Below are positions 31,001-41,200 of a stretch of 64,000 bases of DNA, piece after piece. Under the pieces are notes generated by a model, which saw nothing but the letters and a program-made list of their open reading frames with translations, was not told the DNA's origin and made no database searches. Each line of letters opens with the position of its first letter. Position 1 is the stretch's first letter. Where the stretch lies: the IMG/VR virus record IMGVR_UViG_3300032524_000070; one strand, written 5' to 3'. A program made the translations under genes and the position numbers. Source of the stretch: a virus.

Positions 31001-33605
31001 CGACAAGCGGCTGGAAGTCACGGTCGGCAACCCTTCGGGGCATGGCCAGCCGGGAGACGCGCACTTCAACGAGCTGGCCGATGCCGTCGCGTTCGTGACG
31101 GAGACCTACCGGGCCTTCCAGGTCTCGGGCGCACCGGGCGAAGAGGGTCGGGCTCGCCGCATCAAGGTCATCGGGCCGACGCGGGAGGACAACGCCAAGC
31201 TCCCCATCTCGCCAGCCGGTCTCAGTGGGGTCATCATCGAGGGTGCCGCCCGGACGCCGGACGACACCGCCGCGAACCCCCTGTCGATCACCTGGGAGGG
31301 GGCAGCGGCTCCCCCGCTGTTCGACCTCTCGGATGTATCTGGCTGGACGTTCCGGGATCTGGCCTTCCGCTTCGTGGACTCGGCGGCTTCGGCGGTGGTG
31401 CCGGAACGCTGCCTGTTCATCACGAGGGATGGCCCGACTCGGAACTGCATCTTCGAGAACATCTACCTTCTCGGGAAGGCCCACGGCTTCTACTACATCG
31501 ACGACACTGCCGTCCCTGGCAGTGCCGCCTACGACAACCTGCTGTTCCGCAACTGCGCTGCCACGGAGCTGACCGACTTCGCCATCCGGGTCGAGAACAA
31601 CATCGACGCGGCCAACGCCGACGTGATGAAGGTCGAGGGCTGCGACTTCACGGTGGCCAAGGGAGCTGGCCGCGAGCTGAACGGGACGATCACCGATGGT
31701 GGCATCGTCCACGTCGGGACGACCAACGCCGAGCGGACCAGCATCCGGGACAGCAGGCTCATTGGCGGCAACGTCGGCATGTTCTCTGCTGGTGTCGGCA
31801 ACGTCATCGACGGCTGCCTCATCCAGAACACCGACCTCCCGGCGATCTGGGCGAAGTCGGACTTCTGGGAGATCAACAACAACGACATCGTGGCCGCCCA
31901 CACCGTCAAGGGCACGTCCGGGCCGTTGAACCCCGCCAAGGTGGCCCTCTACATCGACGCGGGTGGTGCTGGACAGAACGAAGTCCACGTCATCAACAAC
32001 CGGGTCGATGTCAGCGGTGGTGCAGCGGGCGACCGGGCCATCTTCAGCGACGGCAACACCTTCAACTGCATCTTCTCCGGCAACAGCGTCGATTTCGACA
32101 TCATGGCTGCGACGGCAGTTCACATCCTCGACAACGACATCGCGGTAGGCGATCTGTCGTTCGATGCCAGTTGCACCGTCCGGGGCAACGCCGTGGTCGG
32201 AGACATGATCCCCCTGGGGACCCTGGCCAACATCTCCAACAACAACGTGGCCGGTCTGCTGCTGGGCATCCTTGGGACGAACTGCCGCTACAGCAACAAC
32301 AACTTCCTGAGCAGCACCGCCACCGACCATGTGGTCGCCAACGGGAGCAGCTTCAACGGCGACTGGTTCGGGGACCAGGCATCGGCTGGTGGTCGGGTCG
32401 AGCTGGCGAACGACTGCACCTTCATCGGGTGCCGCTTCTCTGATGCCGTGGATGGTGTGACGAAGTTGCCTTCCCGGAACCGTTTCGAGGCGTGCGTGTT
32501 CGATATGTACGCCACCGGCTTCCAGGTAAGGGGTGGCTCAAACTCCTTCCTTGGCAACGCCTTCAACGACCGGACGGCGGGTCCAGTCCTCAATCTTGAG
32601 ATCAACATCAAGGGTGAGGGGACGGTCTTCTCGGACAACAAGTGCTCCATCGGCACCTTGTCGCTGGAGCCCGAAGCGGGTGAGAACCAGCGGTTCGTGG
32701 TGACCGGCAACCAGTTCTTCGTCCCTGACATCAACGTGGGCGGCATGTGGATTCAGGGCGGCTACAGCGTGGTCAGCGACAACGTGGTGGTCGGCTGGGA
32801 GAGCGAGAGCGCCGACCCCGACAAGTTCTCCATCTTTGTCGAGGGGAACCAGAACGTCGTCAACGGCAATCTCTGTACCAAGAGCCTTCAGGTGAAGGGT
32901 GCCCAGTGTACGGCGGTGGGGAACCGGGTCTTGATCAACGCCGTCGTCGCGTTGACCGATGGCAAGTTCGACTCGAACCACGTCCAGGGCGATGTGCTCA
33001 TCGGTGGTGGGGCAGCGGCCAGCATCCAGTTCAACAGCAACCGGATCGCGGGCGACGTGGACTACCTGACGCCCGCGACCGACTCCCTGATCTCCAGTTC
33101 GTTCAACGACAACCGCATCGTCGGTACGACCACCCTGGCCGTAGCGGCTGGTGTGTCCATCGTGGACAGCACGATCTCGGGCAACAGGTTCGGCAACGAC
33201 TTCGCGGCCACCCAGAGCGACGACTGCACCTTCGTAGGGAACCGCTGCACCGGCAGCGTGAATCTCACCAACTCGGTGGGGCTGGTCTGCAACAACAACC
33301 GCATCGGCAAGGGTGGGGCGACGAAGAACCTCATCCTCACCACCTGTGCCGACTACATCTGCAACGGCAACTACGTCGAGGGCAGCATCCTGGTGGACGC
33401 CAACACTAGCGGGACAGGCGTGGGCATCCTGGTCGGCAACCGAGCGGCGGTCATCTCGTCGGACAACGCTCCGCTCGCAGGTCAGGTTGCTGTCGGCAAC
33501 CGGACGACCGTCAACGGGGTCACCCCGTCGCTCTTCAACACGAACACGGGCGTCGTCGCCGACATCGGCGTTACCGTGCCCTCGAACTTGAACACCGAGG
33601 TCTAG
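28005..33605 (+). CDS. tail spike-like protein with long C-terminal right-handed beta-helix
   Basis: C-terminal ~800 aa rich in Asn-ladder repeats (IxNN, FxGN, VxGNR); possible depolymerase or receptor-binding protein. Confidence 0.7.
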   Translation: MADYPLTKLEKALARRASSSASKPAWQELMERYDTVPSSKSVQAPDAITGFSGSWAASYDLGGSLRDMTVGESPAQIQRRTNLLGQPGMGEINFRPYDHGTNRHGKYGPSLLGHPISFQVVGPTAKTRGLVHQWFITEAGNVDTLNLDVGADINSKSITPSPLPAGADTIGEIYGFTAIPEGGLYIVVTMTGSEGVVTDNGAFAPGTDGGLGDGFIGEDDGGAPIGAGARLAVIPRTESVKYEIFRVTAMTPTTLVLDNAKRLSTYFDYNIGANAPVIRAITIIRPAATRLVAVPGSGSVQGGEQTFAFVPPVTALNADWQPVYASATGTGLFDPWTSAKNLDTNPAWGFAADAKDYGQAVVLPIPAPVNRGQGRLQGINGEAPQQLPLGRFRLILDAASYFGSTLDIGKIIRIYDIRRVLDGDWETIASAPATHRGRPLLDRMLGYFEIFNTGNADQGVGANNFYDLKFVSQVDPDTGVPFFGAGTNFVMATGSGAGQEVRFQWTVHEPISTLWTDRYLHPTRLDSARLKNLIDPRWVKPTLKGRELTDMAGHQAMPDRAIFDTSSSSAGVAGGNANPGNLLDLGFRVVLFPAKVIGAPTTSLVPDFDNPIDANEVVLDPTKLDENQFIEVDYSAGLVHLSHPPVVGSQLVPLAGILTADDNPRGEAVFFAACVPFSREPGQMGVNPRLTAGRSLDRAGSFCGLDSPEPVDVYGGRIFWPGDNQTINSGPQRTIQLNVELGPIDLPLTGFVDVLIGDHNPAGDPLFSNSDEERLCTFGYSTVNYNDVGHGGRTTLEGTFGGGDQTGPASYVVVPATTPVTVVLRKNIVLPNTLDGRTGTDYQFDTTYGYAKRPATLRFTHGDLTPEHDGSVSISTKDPRTDAHEALFSELFSSWCISGGINSTVLPSVGATLHFSEAVVLIQGIRTVMPEQDLVLGVVAGPPASRYVYIDGSTPACPVWASTTVLPLPTDNDVLMASYTHAGGNIQTLIDLRDPLVDIDKRLEVTVGNPSGHGQPGDAHFNELADAVAFVTETYRAFQVSGAPGEEGRARRIKVIGPTREDNAKLPISPAGLSGVIIEGAARTPDDTAANPLSITWEGAAAPPLFDLSDVSGWTFRDLAFRFVDSAASAVVPERCLFITRDGPTRNCIFENIYLLGKAHGFYYIDDTAVPGSAAYDNLLFRNCAATELTDFAIRVENNIDAANADVMKVEGCDFTVAKGAGRELNGTITDGGIVHVGTTNAERTSIRDSRLIGGNVGMFSAGVGNVIDGCLIQNTDLPAIWAKSDFWEINNNDIVAAHTVKGTSGPLNPAKVALYIDAGGAGQNEVHVINNRVDVSGGAAGDRAIFSDGNTFNCIFSGNSVDFDIMAATAVHILDNDIAVGDLSFDASCTVRGNAVVGDMIPLGTLANISNNNVAGLLLGILGTNCRYSNNNFLSSTATDHVVANGSSFNGDWFGDQASAGGRVELANDCTFIGCRFSDAVDGVTKLPSRNRFEACVFDMYATGFQVRGGSNSFLGNAFNDRTAGPVLNLEINIKGEGTVFSDNKCSIGTLSLEPEAGENQRFVVTGNQFFVPDINVGGMWIQGGYSVVSDNVVVGWESESADPDKFSIFVEGNQNVVNGNLCTKSLQVKGAQCTAVGNRVLINAVVALTDGKFDSNHVQGDVLIGGGAAASIQFNSNRIAGDVDYLTPATDSLISSSFNDNRIVGTTTLAVAAGVSIVDSTISGNRFGNDFAATQSDDCTFVGNRCTGSVNLTNSVGLVCNNNRIGKGGATKNLILTTCADYICNGNYVEGSILVDANTSGTGVGILVGNRAAVISSDNAPLAGQVAVGNRTTVNGVTPSLFNTNTGVVADIGVTVPSNLNTEV

Positions 33606-33609
33606 CCAG

Positions 33610-34443
33610 ATGAGAATCCTCGTTGACCTGCGAAGCCACCTGTCGGATGCACCGGAGATCATCCAGGTGCAGCGGGTTCCCGTGGAAGGCTCCGCTGGTG
33701 GCGAGACCATCAACGGGAAGTACGCCCTCCCGGTCCCGTTGAACATGGAGTTCCCCATCGACGGGACGAACTACATCCTCGACGGGGCGGGGAACATCGA
33801 CGGCGGCGACGTGGTGAGCATGGGCTACGCCCACCTCCTGGCTCTCTACCTGCCCTTCGAGAACATCTACTTCAACCCGCTGCTGACCAGCGACCATGTA
33901 GGCGAGCTGGTCCTCGACCAGTCCTTCCACTTCACCGACCGCAGCGTCTCGCCCCCCGTCCAGTTCTTCCCCCGGTTCCAGACGGGCCGCGAGGAGGGCG
34001 TCGCCGACGACGGTCAGATGCCCACGCACACGGCGATGATGCCCGCGAACGACACGGTGACCCCGGAGCGGCCAGGGCTCATCATCACGGAGCCCATTGA
34101 CATCGGGCCGTTCACGCTCGACTGCGACGACGTGCCAGTGGGTGCCGACGAGTTCATGGTCTTCTGGAAGCTCTACAACTTCACGGTCGGCCAGGATGTC
34201 GCGGCTGATGCAGGACTGCTGGCGGGCACGAACGCCCCGGCGGCACGGCTGCTGGAGGAGACGCCCCAGGAGCCGGACGACCTCTCGGTCTTCATCAGCA
34301 CCGACAATGGCGCGAACTGGTGTCAAGTCGGCCTGTTGGAGCCCATCGCCTTCTGCGACAAGACGACATCGGTGCGACTGGCGTTCATGAACGACTCGCT
34401 CACGAACAAGCTCTTCCTCGCCAGCTTCGCGCTGCTGTTCTGA
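33610..34443 (+). CDS. hypothetical structural protein
   Basis: 277 aa, co-oriented, high GC3; VFISTDNGANW Asp-box-like motif. Confidence 0.6.
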   Translation: MRILVDLRSHLSDAPEIIQVQRVPVEGSAGGETINGKYALPVPLNMEFPIDGTNYILDGAGNIDGGDVVSMGYAHLLALYLPFENIYFNPLLTSDHVGELVLDQSFHFTDRSVSPPVQFFPRFQTGREEGVADDGQMPTHTAMMPANDTVTPERPGLIITEPIDIGPFTLDCDDVPVGADEFMVFWKLYNFTVGQDVAADAGLLAGTNAPAARLLEETPQEPDDLSVFISTDNGANWCQVGLLEPIAFCDKTTSVRLAFMNDSLTNKLFLASFALLF

Positions 34444-34453
34444 AGGTAGGAAA

Positions 34454-35224
34454 ATGGCACTCGACCACGGACAACTACGCCGCATCTCCGCCGCCGCTGA
34501 CAAGCGGCGGTCGGTGGAGCGTCGTGCCGCCGTGGGTCGGATGAAGGAGAAGCCCTGTGCAGACTGCGAGACGGCCTATCCTTTCTTCGTCATGGACTTC
34601 GACCACCGGGACCCGAGCACCAAGGATTTCACCATCAGCAGGGTGGTGACCCGGCTGGCATGGGACAAGCTCGTGGCCGAGATCGAGAAGTGCGATGTCG
34701 TATGCGTCAACTGCCACCGTTTGCGAACGTGGGCACCGCCCACGAACCGGTCGGCCCGGCAGCGACTTCTGATTGACCTCAAGGCGACCCCCTGTGCGGA
34801 TTGCAAGGGGGAGTTCCACTACTGCCAGATGGACTTCGACCACGTTCGGGGTGAAAAGCTCGGTCAGGTGCCCAAGAGGGGCACCGCACAGGCCATCAAG
34901 GCTGAGGCCGCCAAGTGCGATGTGGTCTGCGCGAATTGCCATCGAGTGCGTTCACAGGCCGCCGCCAAGGGGTCTGCCCGGTTGGTTCCTGCGGACATCG
35001 ACATGGTGTGGAAGCAGCGCAGTAGCAAGACTCCGCAGACGAAGCTGCGGAAGACCACACGGCCTTGGCACAGCCTCGCCGGAATGATGCCGGATGGTGC
35101 TCTTGCAGCCCGCCACGGGATCACCCGGAACGCCATCAGGAACTACCGGAAAAAGATGAAGATCGAACCGTTCACACGCCAGGGCGTGCGACCCGATCTC
35201 AAGGAGGTGCGCTGTGGCGCTTGA
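34454..35224 (+). CDS. tandem double-HNH endonuclease with C-terminal HTH-like segment
   Basis: Two CADC...MDFDH...KCDVVCxNCHR units; C-terminal DGALAARHGITRNAIRNYRKK; begins with the host gene's MALDHG. Confidence 0.85.
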   Translation: MALDHGQLRRISAAADKRRSVERRAAVGRMKEKPCADCETAYPFFVMDFDHRDPSTKDFTISRVVTRLAWDKLVAEIEKCDVVCVNCHRLRTWAPPTNRSARQRLLIDLKATPCADCKGEFHYCQMDFDHVRGEKLGQVPKRGTAQAIKAEAAKCDVVCANCHRVRSQAAAKGSARLVPADIDMVWKQRSSKTPQTKLRKTTRPWHSLAGMMPDGALAARHGITRNAIRNYRKKMKIEPFTRQGVRPDLKEVRCGA

Positions 35225-38200
35225 TCATGGAACTGGCGTCTCTCGGACCTTGAGCCCTCTCGACAGGGCTTACGCTTCGGTCATCTGGCAGAAGGGCAAG
35301 CCGCCCCTCGACGCAGAGCTGAACCTCATGTCCTCGCTGGACCAGGAGCGGCTGCGGGAGTACGTCGCGGGCCTGATGCCCTCCGGGTTCTTGATGGACC
35401 CGACCCGCTCCGAGTTCGACTTCCGGTTCGACCCCAAGTGGGTCAACCACTTCCACCTCGGCGTGCCTCGGTCTGCCACGGGCAGCCTCGACGCAGACGA
35501 GACGCAGCCGGTCGTGTGGGCCAACGTCAACGGCTGGATGGTCCCGGTCGCTGGAACGGACATCACGGGCACGGCTGATGTCCACAACGTCGTCAAGCTC
35601 TACCCCGCCCCCGGCTCCGATACCCGCGTGGACTTCGTGTTCCTGGAGGTCTGGAACTCCCTGGTCCAGCCGAATCCCTCGACGCTGAACAAGCCCACGG
35701 CTTCGACCGTCTGGAAGTACGGCAACGTCAAGCACGGCGGCACGAACATCACGGACGACCTCGAAGATCCGACCATCGGCTTCGAGACCAGCAAGCGAGT
35801 ACAGGTCCAGTACCGCATCCGCGTCTACGGACAGGGCCTCGGCGGTGGGGCCAGCGTGAACCTCGCTGTCCACCCGGACGGCTTCGGTGACCCGAACATC
35901 CTCGGTCGGGGGGCCAACGCGAGTGCCCCCGTCGCCGGGATGCAGTGGGCCAACATGCGAGAGCAGCTCGGTGACCCCTCCCTGTGGCGAGCAGGCGACG
36001 GCGACCCGAACAACGCTCTGGGCACCATCGACGGCTACACCTACGCCATCCCGATCTGCGCGGTCTTCCGCCGGAGCCGGGAGACCTACGTCGCCATCAA
36101 GACCAGCGGCAACCCCACGCAGAACGGGGCGACCCTCCGCACGCCGGGCGTCTACCTGCTGGTCGATCCCCTGACGGGTGCCGTGCCCCTGCTCCAGGCG
36201 TCGCTCGGGGCGGCTCTGGGGCCGGACGACGGCAAGCTGGCCCCCTTCACCATCGCGGTCACGAACATCAACGGCTCCGGGCTGGAAGACACGGCCCACA
36301 CGCTGTCGAGCATCTACCTCCAGATCGAGGATGAGATCGTCGGCATCTCGGCGGTGGACCTGGTGGGCAACACCATCACCATCCCGGCAGGTGGCCGTGG
36401 GCGGTGGGGTACGGCTGCTGTGGGGCACGCGACGGCGACCCCCATCAACCAGTTCAACACCCGCCCGGACGGCCTGTACGCCGACCAGGTGGCCTCTCAG
36501 GACGTGCTGGACCTCCGCAGGGCGGTGAACCCGGGCGACTGGGACTACAACCGTCTGCTGGCCCACAACGTCGCAGCTCTGGCCAAGGGCACCCTCCGTA
36601 CCGCGTGGAAGGAGAGCAACCCCGGTGACACAGAGGGTCCGGTCGTCCATGAAGTCGTGGACATGTACGCCGGGGACGAGACGCACCCGAACCACACCGA
36701 CGCGGCGGACGGCTCTGATGGCATCCGCACGGTCTGGTCGGATGGGGCGACCATCCAGTCGGACGTGACGCTCCTCCTCAAGCACGACGCCACCCGCGAC
36801 GCGGACGGCATGGTCGGCTTCACGAACACCGGCTTCGATGCCCTGGTCGAGTGGGATGTGGGGGCGAGCTTCAACCCCATCGGTTTCTTGAACACGGGCG
36901 GCCTGGCGACGGGCTGGTACAACGGCTCGTCGGTCCACCTGTTCATCGGCGGGACCACGGGCGAGCTGGGTGCAAGGGCGACCTTCCGTGCCGCCAACGT
37001 GCGGGACGTGCGCTTCGTCACACCGGGCGAATACTGGAAGACGGGTTACCCGGTCGTGGACCCGACCACGGGCAACCAGCACCCGGTATCCCTCCGGTTC
37101 CTGGGCGAGAAGAGCACGGTGGCACCGCCGTCTGCTCTGGCCGCAGCCGACAAGCTCATCGCCCCCGGCCCGCAGTACCCGTGGCGGGAGGGGTCGTTCG
37201 AGCGACCCTTCATCGTGCTGGGTGGCCTGCTCCACAGCAACCTGCGGATCACTGCTCTCGATGTCAGCAACCTGACTTCGGCGGTCGATGTCTACGGCAC
37301 GACCCGCTACTACCTCGACCTGACGGGCAAGGGCTTCGACTTCGACGCGGCTGGTGGGTTCAACAACGCCAGCGGTGGCGTCTTCCCGAACGACCCCGCG
37401 CAGGTGGCGACTCCGTTCCTGCGGGGTGAGCGCACCTTCTTCGGGATGCTGACCGACGACGGTCGGGACCAGACGGGGGCCTCCTCTGAGGTCTACCTGA
37501 TGACCTTCGGTGACCCCACGGGCCGCAACAACAACGGTGCCTTCCGGGTCATCGGTGCCGGGACGGTGGGCTACACCAACGTCCCTGGCATCAACGCCGG
37601 GACGCTGGTGCTGGAGCCGCTTTCGGGGGACTTCACCGGCTGGTCGGCCACGGGCTCGGGCAACGAGATCACGGTCGATTTCCGGTCGCAGTACCACAAC
37701 GCGGACGACATCTCGACCTACGCAGCTCGCATCGCCGACCTGGCCATCGTGCTGACCGACATCGGTGGCGAGTCTGGTGACGGAACGCCGTGGGACCTGG
37801 CGAACGTCGGGACCAACGCTCTGGATCAGGCGGGCGGCTTCTACTACGCCCCGAGCAAGATGGTCCTCTCGACCACGCTGCTCTACCACCCCGGTCGGTC
37901 AGCGGCGACGCGAGTGCCGGACGAGTTCGTGCGGTTCGCCATGCGGGGCGGTTCGGAAGAAACGCTCGGGACGTACCTGCGACGGTCGCCGTCGAGCATC
38001 GACACGACCTTCTCGGCCATCGGGACGGCAACAGACGAGACGTACTGGCCGACCATCCACGTCGGCACGTGGAACAGGCTCTCCGGCCTCGGCTGGCACG
38101 CCCCCCTCGCACCGGCCTACGGCGGCTCCGTGGTGGGCTTCACAGAGCAGGACCGCGAAGCTGAGTGCTTCGTGGACCGTGGCAGCAAGACGGCCATCTT

Positions 38201-41200
38201 CCGTCCGTTCCGCAACCGGGACATGACGCTCCAGGCGTTGACCTGGCCGGACCCGGAGATCCCCGCAGGGAGCTGCCTGCTCGGCCCGTACCTGTACCCG
38301 GCCCCCGACTCGTCGGAGAAGGATGCTCTCCAGATCCTCACCGGCAACAACGGAGCCCCGCACGGCACGACGGGCAAGCGGATGGGCTTCATGGTCCCCC
38401 GCGAGTTCATGCCGCGCTTCGGGCGGCAGGACATCCCGTACCGCCAGCTCAACACGGGCACGGCCCCCACGGCTGCCGGGTTCATGCCGGGCATCAACCA
38501 CCTGTTCACCGATGTCACCGACCTGACCAACCCGGTGTTCAACATCATCGGTGGCGAGCGGAACGCCGGAGGTGCGGAGGTCAACTCCCTGTTCATGGTG
38601 ACGCGAGCCAGCGAGATCGTGTACGCCCACGGCAACAGCAGCTACGGCCCGAAGAACATCGGTGCCTACGGTGCTCGCAAGACGACCGACATCAACCCGG
38701 CTCTCGGGCCGAACTCCGCTGCCGTCGTCGCTGCGCTGCGGGCGGTCAACTCGTCGGACCTGGGCCGGGGGCTCAAGGGCATCCAGCTCCCGCCCTACAT
38801 GGGCATCGCCCGGCTGTACGGCGTCTACGAGCTGGCGGACTACACGGCCAAGGGTGGCACGGCCTTCAAGGTCAACCGCTACGAGATGGAAGCGGCTCCG
38901 GTGTCGATCAACCTCATCCGCGAGGATGCCGACCAGCAGACGCTCTTCATCCTCCAGGACGGTGCTCTGGACCTCACGGGTGCAGCGGGTGACCACACCT
39001 ACATCATCCCGTCGAACGTGCTCGACCTGGCTCGCATCCCGACCTTCGTGGCCGGGGACGCTTTCGAGGACTACGACTACGTGGTCGAGGCGACGGTCTT
39101 CTTCTTCGCTCGGGGCTTCATCAACGAGAACAACGTGGTCCTCGTGCGGAAGCGGGACGGCTCCTACGCCCTCAACACCGATGGGGACGATGCGGAGCTG
39201 GAGAACGTGCCGATGTGCATCCCGTCTCCGGCGGGCATCAACGACCGGCTCTACAACGCCTACAACCGCACCGTCTACCAGGGTGACCCCTACATGACGC
39301 GGGACGGCTCGACCCGGCAGGAGGCCGACTACGAGAACCGCTACGGGCGGCTCACCCCCGGCCAGGCGTGGCTCCTCCGCACGGCAGTCCAGCAGTTCGA
39401 CTCGGCGGGCAACTTCGTCCCGCAGATGGACAACGAGCGTGGCTTCGAGGTGCTCGCCTCGATGGACTTCTACACGACGCTCGGCACGGGCAAGGTCGGC
39501 GGGATGCTGTTCCCCGGCACCCCGCTCGACGTGGGGCACATCTCCGACACGCTGCTGGCCTCCAGCCGGATGCCGCTGACGGAGACGGCCAACGACTGGC
39601 GGATCGACGTGCGGGCCTTCACCGAAGGCCAGAAGATGAACCCCAGCCGGGCAGCGGCGTCGGTGGAGGTGTTGAGCAACCTCTCGATGCTCAACGCGGT
39701 CACCAACGACGACACCTTCTTCGTGCGGTTCATCCTGCTCGACGACAGCGTGGTGACCCTCTACGGCTCGACGGCGGCCTTCGTCGCCACCCTGACGGGT
39801 GGCCCGAACAACGTCCCGGCGGGCGACATCTTCGTCCTGGACGAGACGAGCAGCCACCGGGAGCTGACGGACCAGTTCAGCCCCATCGGGGTCCTCAACG
39901 ACGGGACTCTCTCGTCGGCGACGGTCGCCCTGGTGGGTGCCAAGGTCGGTGACGCGGTGACGGTCAACCCGGACGCGATGGTGAACGGGGCCTTGATCTA
40001 CGGCTTCGTCCCGGCTGCCGACCAGGTCACCATCGTCGTCCAGAACATCAACCCGGACATCCCGTTCACCTCCCTGAGTGATCACGACAGCATCAAGCCG
40101 ATCACCGTCACGGCGGCTGACCTCGGTGGTGTTGCAGTCCCGGCAAACGACAGCACGGCAACCGCCGAGGCATTCGTCGGGGCGGCAGTCGGGGATGCCG
40201 TGGTCGTGAACCCCCCGGCGGGTCTGGCAGCGGGTCTGATCGTCACGGCAGACACGGTGACGGTGGCCGACCAGGTGACCCTCCGCGTCCACAACGTCAC
40301 GGCGGCTCCCATCGCGTGGGGTGCTGACCGGGTGCTCGACGTGGCCGTGCTGAAGGACCATCCCCAGGGCTCCATCGACATGAGCCTCGTCAACTTCGAC
40401 GTGCGGGTCAGCCAGACGGTGGGGACGGAAGACGGGACCGCTGACAACCTCGTGGCCGTCATCAACGCCAACACCAAGCTGTTCCGCTCGGTCACGGCCT
40501 TCAACGACGGAACCCCCAAGGTCCAGATCGCAGCGGTCCCGACCGGAGCCGAGGGCAACGGCATCCGGGTCCAGGTCGGCAAGGTGTCCTGGGGTGCCAC
40601 GGTCGGAACGGCACCACTGCTGGTGCAGCAGACCCTCCAGATCGCTGTCCCGCACGACAACATGGTGGTCACCCCCCACGTCACCTCCAGTTTCTTGCTG
40701 GGTGGCCTCGACGTGCCGGTGAACGCGGGCATCGGGACGAGCCAGATGGCTCTGACCGGCATGACGGAGCGGCTGCCTCTCGGGGTGCTCGTCCAGGACA
40801 GCGACTTCCTGTGCGAGAATCCCCTCGGTGACGCGGCTTCGGCCATGAACTCCAGCCCGGCTCCGCTGCGGCCCATCCAGACGCTCATGCCGCTCATCGG
40901 CGGCGAGGAGTACAGCCGATTCATGGGTGCTCCCGGAGAGCTGCTGGCCCTGGCCGACGTGCAGATCGCCCCGAACTCCTGGGCGGCCTGGACCGACACG
41001 GCACCGGACGGTGCGACCCGGAAGTTCCGCATCTACCGGGGCGGTGGTGCTGCCTACGTGCTCTCCGGGGACAACCCCGGCGGCCCCATCGACTGGGTGA
41101 GCGAGAGCTTCCCGAAGTCGGCACAGCCGGTGCTCAAGGGCGGCGTGCTGGCCTGCAAGGCGATGCTCGTCCGCAACTACTACGAGGAGGCGTTCGCTGG

